A DNA stretch of 39,276 nt, taken from the NCBI GenBank assembly GCA_016235455.1, contig JACRKZ010000016.1:1-39276 (forward strand), given 5' to 3'. The translations under genes and the position numbers were made by a program. The DNA is from Armatimonadota bacterium. Lineage in GTDB: Bacteria > Armatimonadota > UBA10988. Below, one piece after another: positions 37,881 through 39,276 of the stretch. The notes under the pieces were generated by a model. It searched no databases. It was not told where the DNA came from and saw nothing but the letters and a program-made list of their open reading frames with translations. The number at the start of each line of letters is the position of its first letter. The first letter of the stretch is position 1.

Positions 37881-38513
37881 GTGGGCAAGCGCGCGCTGAT
37901 CGTCTGGGGTGGCTGGGACGGCCACTTCCCGCGTGAGTTGTCGGTCCTGTTCGACCAGATGCTGGCCGGCGAGGGCTTCGAGGTGGTTGTCGAGAACACG
38001 CTCGACGCCTTCTGCGCACTGGATTTGAGCACGTTCGACCTGATTGTGCCGATCTGGACCATGGGCCAGATCAGCGGCGAGCAACTGGCGCCGTTGTGCG
38101 CGGCGGTGGAGTCGGGCGTCGGTCTGGCCGGCGTGCATGGCGGCATGTGTGACGCCTTCCGTGATGCCACCGACTATCAGTTCATGACGGGCGGTCAGTG
38201 GGTGGCTCATCCCGGCGGCGGCGACGTGACCTACACGGTCAACATCACCCAGCCCGGGCATGTCATCTGCGCCGGCGTCGAGGACTTCTCGGTTACCAGC
38301 GAGCAGTACTACCTGCACGTCGATCCAGGCGTGGACGTGCTGGCCACCACCGTCTTCGAGAGTGTTGGCGGGGTGGTGATGCCCGTGACCTGGACCAAGA
38401 CCTGGGGCCAGGGGCGCGTCTTCTACTGCTCCGTGGGCCACAAGCCGGCGGACATCGAGCTGCCGATGATGCAGCGCATGTGCCGCCAGGGCTTCCTCTG
38501 GGCGGCGCGCTAG
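37881..38513 (+). CDS. ThuA-like (class I glutamine amidotransferase-like) protein
   Basis: 'ALIVWGGWDGH.P', 'GLAGVHGGMCDAFR', 'GGQWVAHPG', 'SEQYYLHVDP', 'GRVFYCSVGH'. Confidence 0.88.
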   Translation: MGKRALIVWGGWDGHFPRELSVLFDQMLAGEGFEVVVENTLDAFCALDLSTFDLIVPIWTMGQISGEQLAPLCAAVESGVGLAGVHGGMCDAFRDATDYQFMTGGQWVAHPGGGDVTYTVNITQPGHVICAGVEDFSVTSEQYYLHVDPGVDVLATTVFESVGGVVMPVTWTKTWGQGRVFYCSVGHKPADIELPMMQRMCRQGFLWAAR

Positions 38514-38540
38514 CGTCGGCGAGCGCGTGTCCGGGCCTGA

Positions 38541-39275
38541 CTAGTCTGTGACTACCGGGCTGGCCTGCGACAGGCTGCTGAGCAGCCGTTCGCGGCAGCC
38601 CGGTTGACCCGTGCGGTCGAGCGCGCGCAACGCCGTGCCCACGACCTGCGGCCAGTCCGGTACGATCGGCTGTAGTGCGGGCGCGAACTCGGCCACCCGT
38701 TGGCAGAGGTGCGCCCAGTACAGGGCTGATCGCGTCGCCACGCTGCCAGCCGCCACCATCACCTCCGGCTCACCCGCCAGGTCGAGCACGTCCACCACAT
38801 CGCGGATGACCTCAGCCTGGGTGTCGGCCGCTTGTCGCAGGATGCTCAGGGCGACGGTGTCGCCCGCGCGCGCCGCGGCGTCGACACGCGCGGCCAGCAT
38901 GGCCACCTCGGCGCGGTCGCGCGGCTCGTGGGCGTAGTGCACCAACGGGCCGATGCCGTCGCGCTCGACATCGATGCCCAGCACCTCGGCCACGTCGGTC
39001 ACGAGGGCGGTGCGGTGGCGCGGGTGCCAGTGGGCGCGCGCCACCGCGCGCAGGGCCAGTTGGCCGATCATCGAGCCGCTGCCATAGTCGCCCAGCATGG
39101 GGCCGAGACCATCGAGGTGGGTGTGCCGGCCGTCGGCGCGCAGGCCATAGACGAAGGCGCCCGTGCCGGCCAGGACTACCAGCCCGTGCGTAACGCCCGC
39201 CAGGGCTAACGGGGCATCCCACTCGGCCACGGGTACCACGTCGACATGCGCTGGGCTGACCCGCGCGACGAGTTC
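38541..39275 (-). CDS. BadF/BadG/BcrA/BcrD-family N-acetylglucosamine kinase-like protein, 5'-truncated by the window
   Basis: 'VVLAGTGAFVYG', 'GLGPMLGDYGSG..IG..AL', 'AAGSV'; the frame stays open to the window edge. Confidence 0.82.
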   Translation of the reverse strand, partial: ELVARVSPAHVDVVPVAEWDAPLALAGVTHGLVVLAGTGAFVYGLRADGRHTHLDGLGPMLGDYGSGSMIGQLALRAVARAHWHPRHRTALVTDVAEVLGIDVERDGIGPLVHYAHEPRDRAEVAMLAARVDAAARAGDTVALSILRQAADTQAEVIRDVVDVLDLAGEPEVMVAAGSVATRSALYWAHLCQRVAEFAPALQPIVPDWPQVVGTALRALDRTGQPGCRERLLSSLSQASPVVTD

Positions 39276-39276
39276 G

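Overview
A GC-rich (about 70% by eye) bacterial chromosomal window. An Armatimonadota or related Terrabacteria origin is inferred from the combination of a T-box riboswitch, an N-methyl-pilin/H-X9-DG protein, FlgD-Ig-tailed giant surface proteins and LacI regulators. Contents in order: (1) two tandem paralogous giant surface proteins with Big_1-like Ig repeats and a shared ~430-aa C-terminal module; (2) a NagB-like gene followed by a secreted transglutaminase-like/PA14/discoidin protein and a split, CxxC-less thioredoxin-fold protein; (3) an atypical sigma70-family factor, a stand-alone murD, and leuA under a Leu T-box that carries a small direct-repeat-flanked insertion; (4) a tightly coupled four-gene operon of pduS-like flavo-Fe-S protein, pduT-like microcompartment shell protein, M50-like membrane peptidase and FAD oxidoreductase, with no other microcompartment genes in view; (5) fba, GH2, a beta-helix glycosidase-like gene, an NAD-dependent epimerase and LacI; (6) tRNA-Leu, tRNA-Gly, tig-clpP-clpX; (7) LacI plus a pilin-like H-X9-DG gene with a paired-operator promoter, a small basic ORF, ThuA and a truncated BadF-type kinase. 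No CRISPR array, integrase or transposase was seen. All family calls come from motif recognition by eye; no database search was run.
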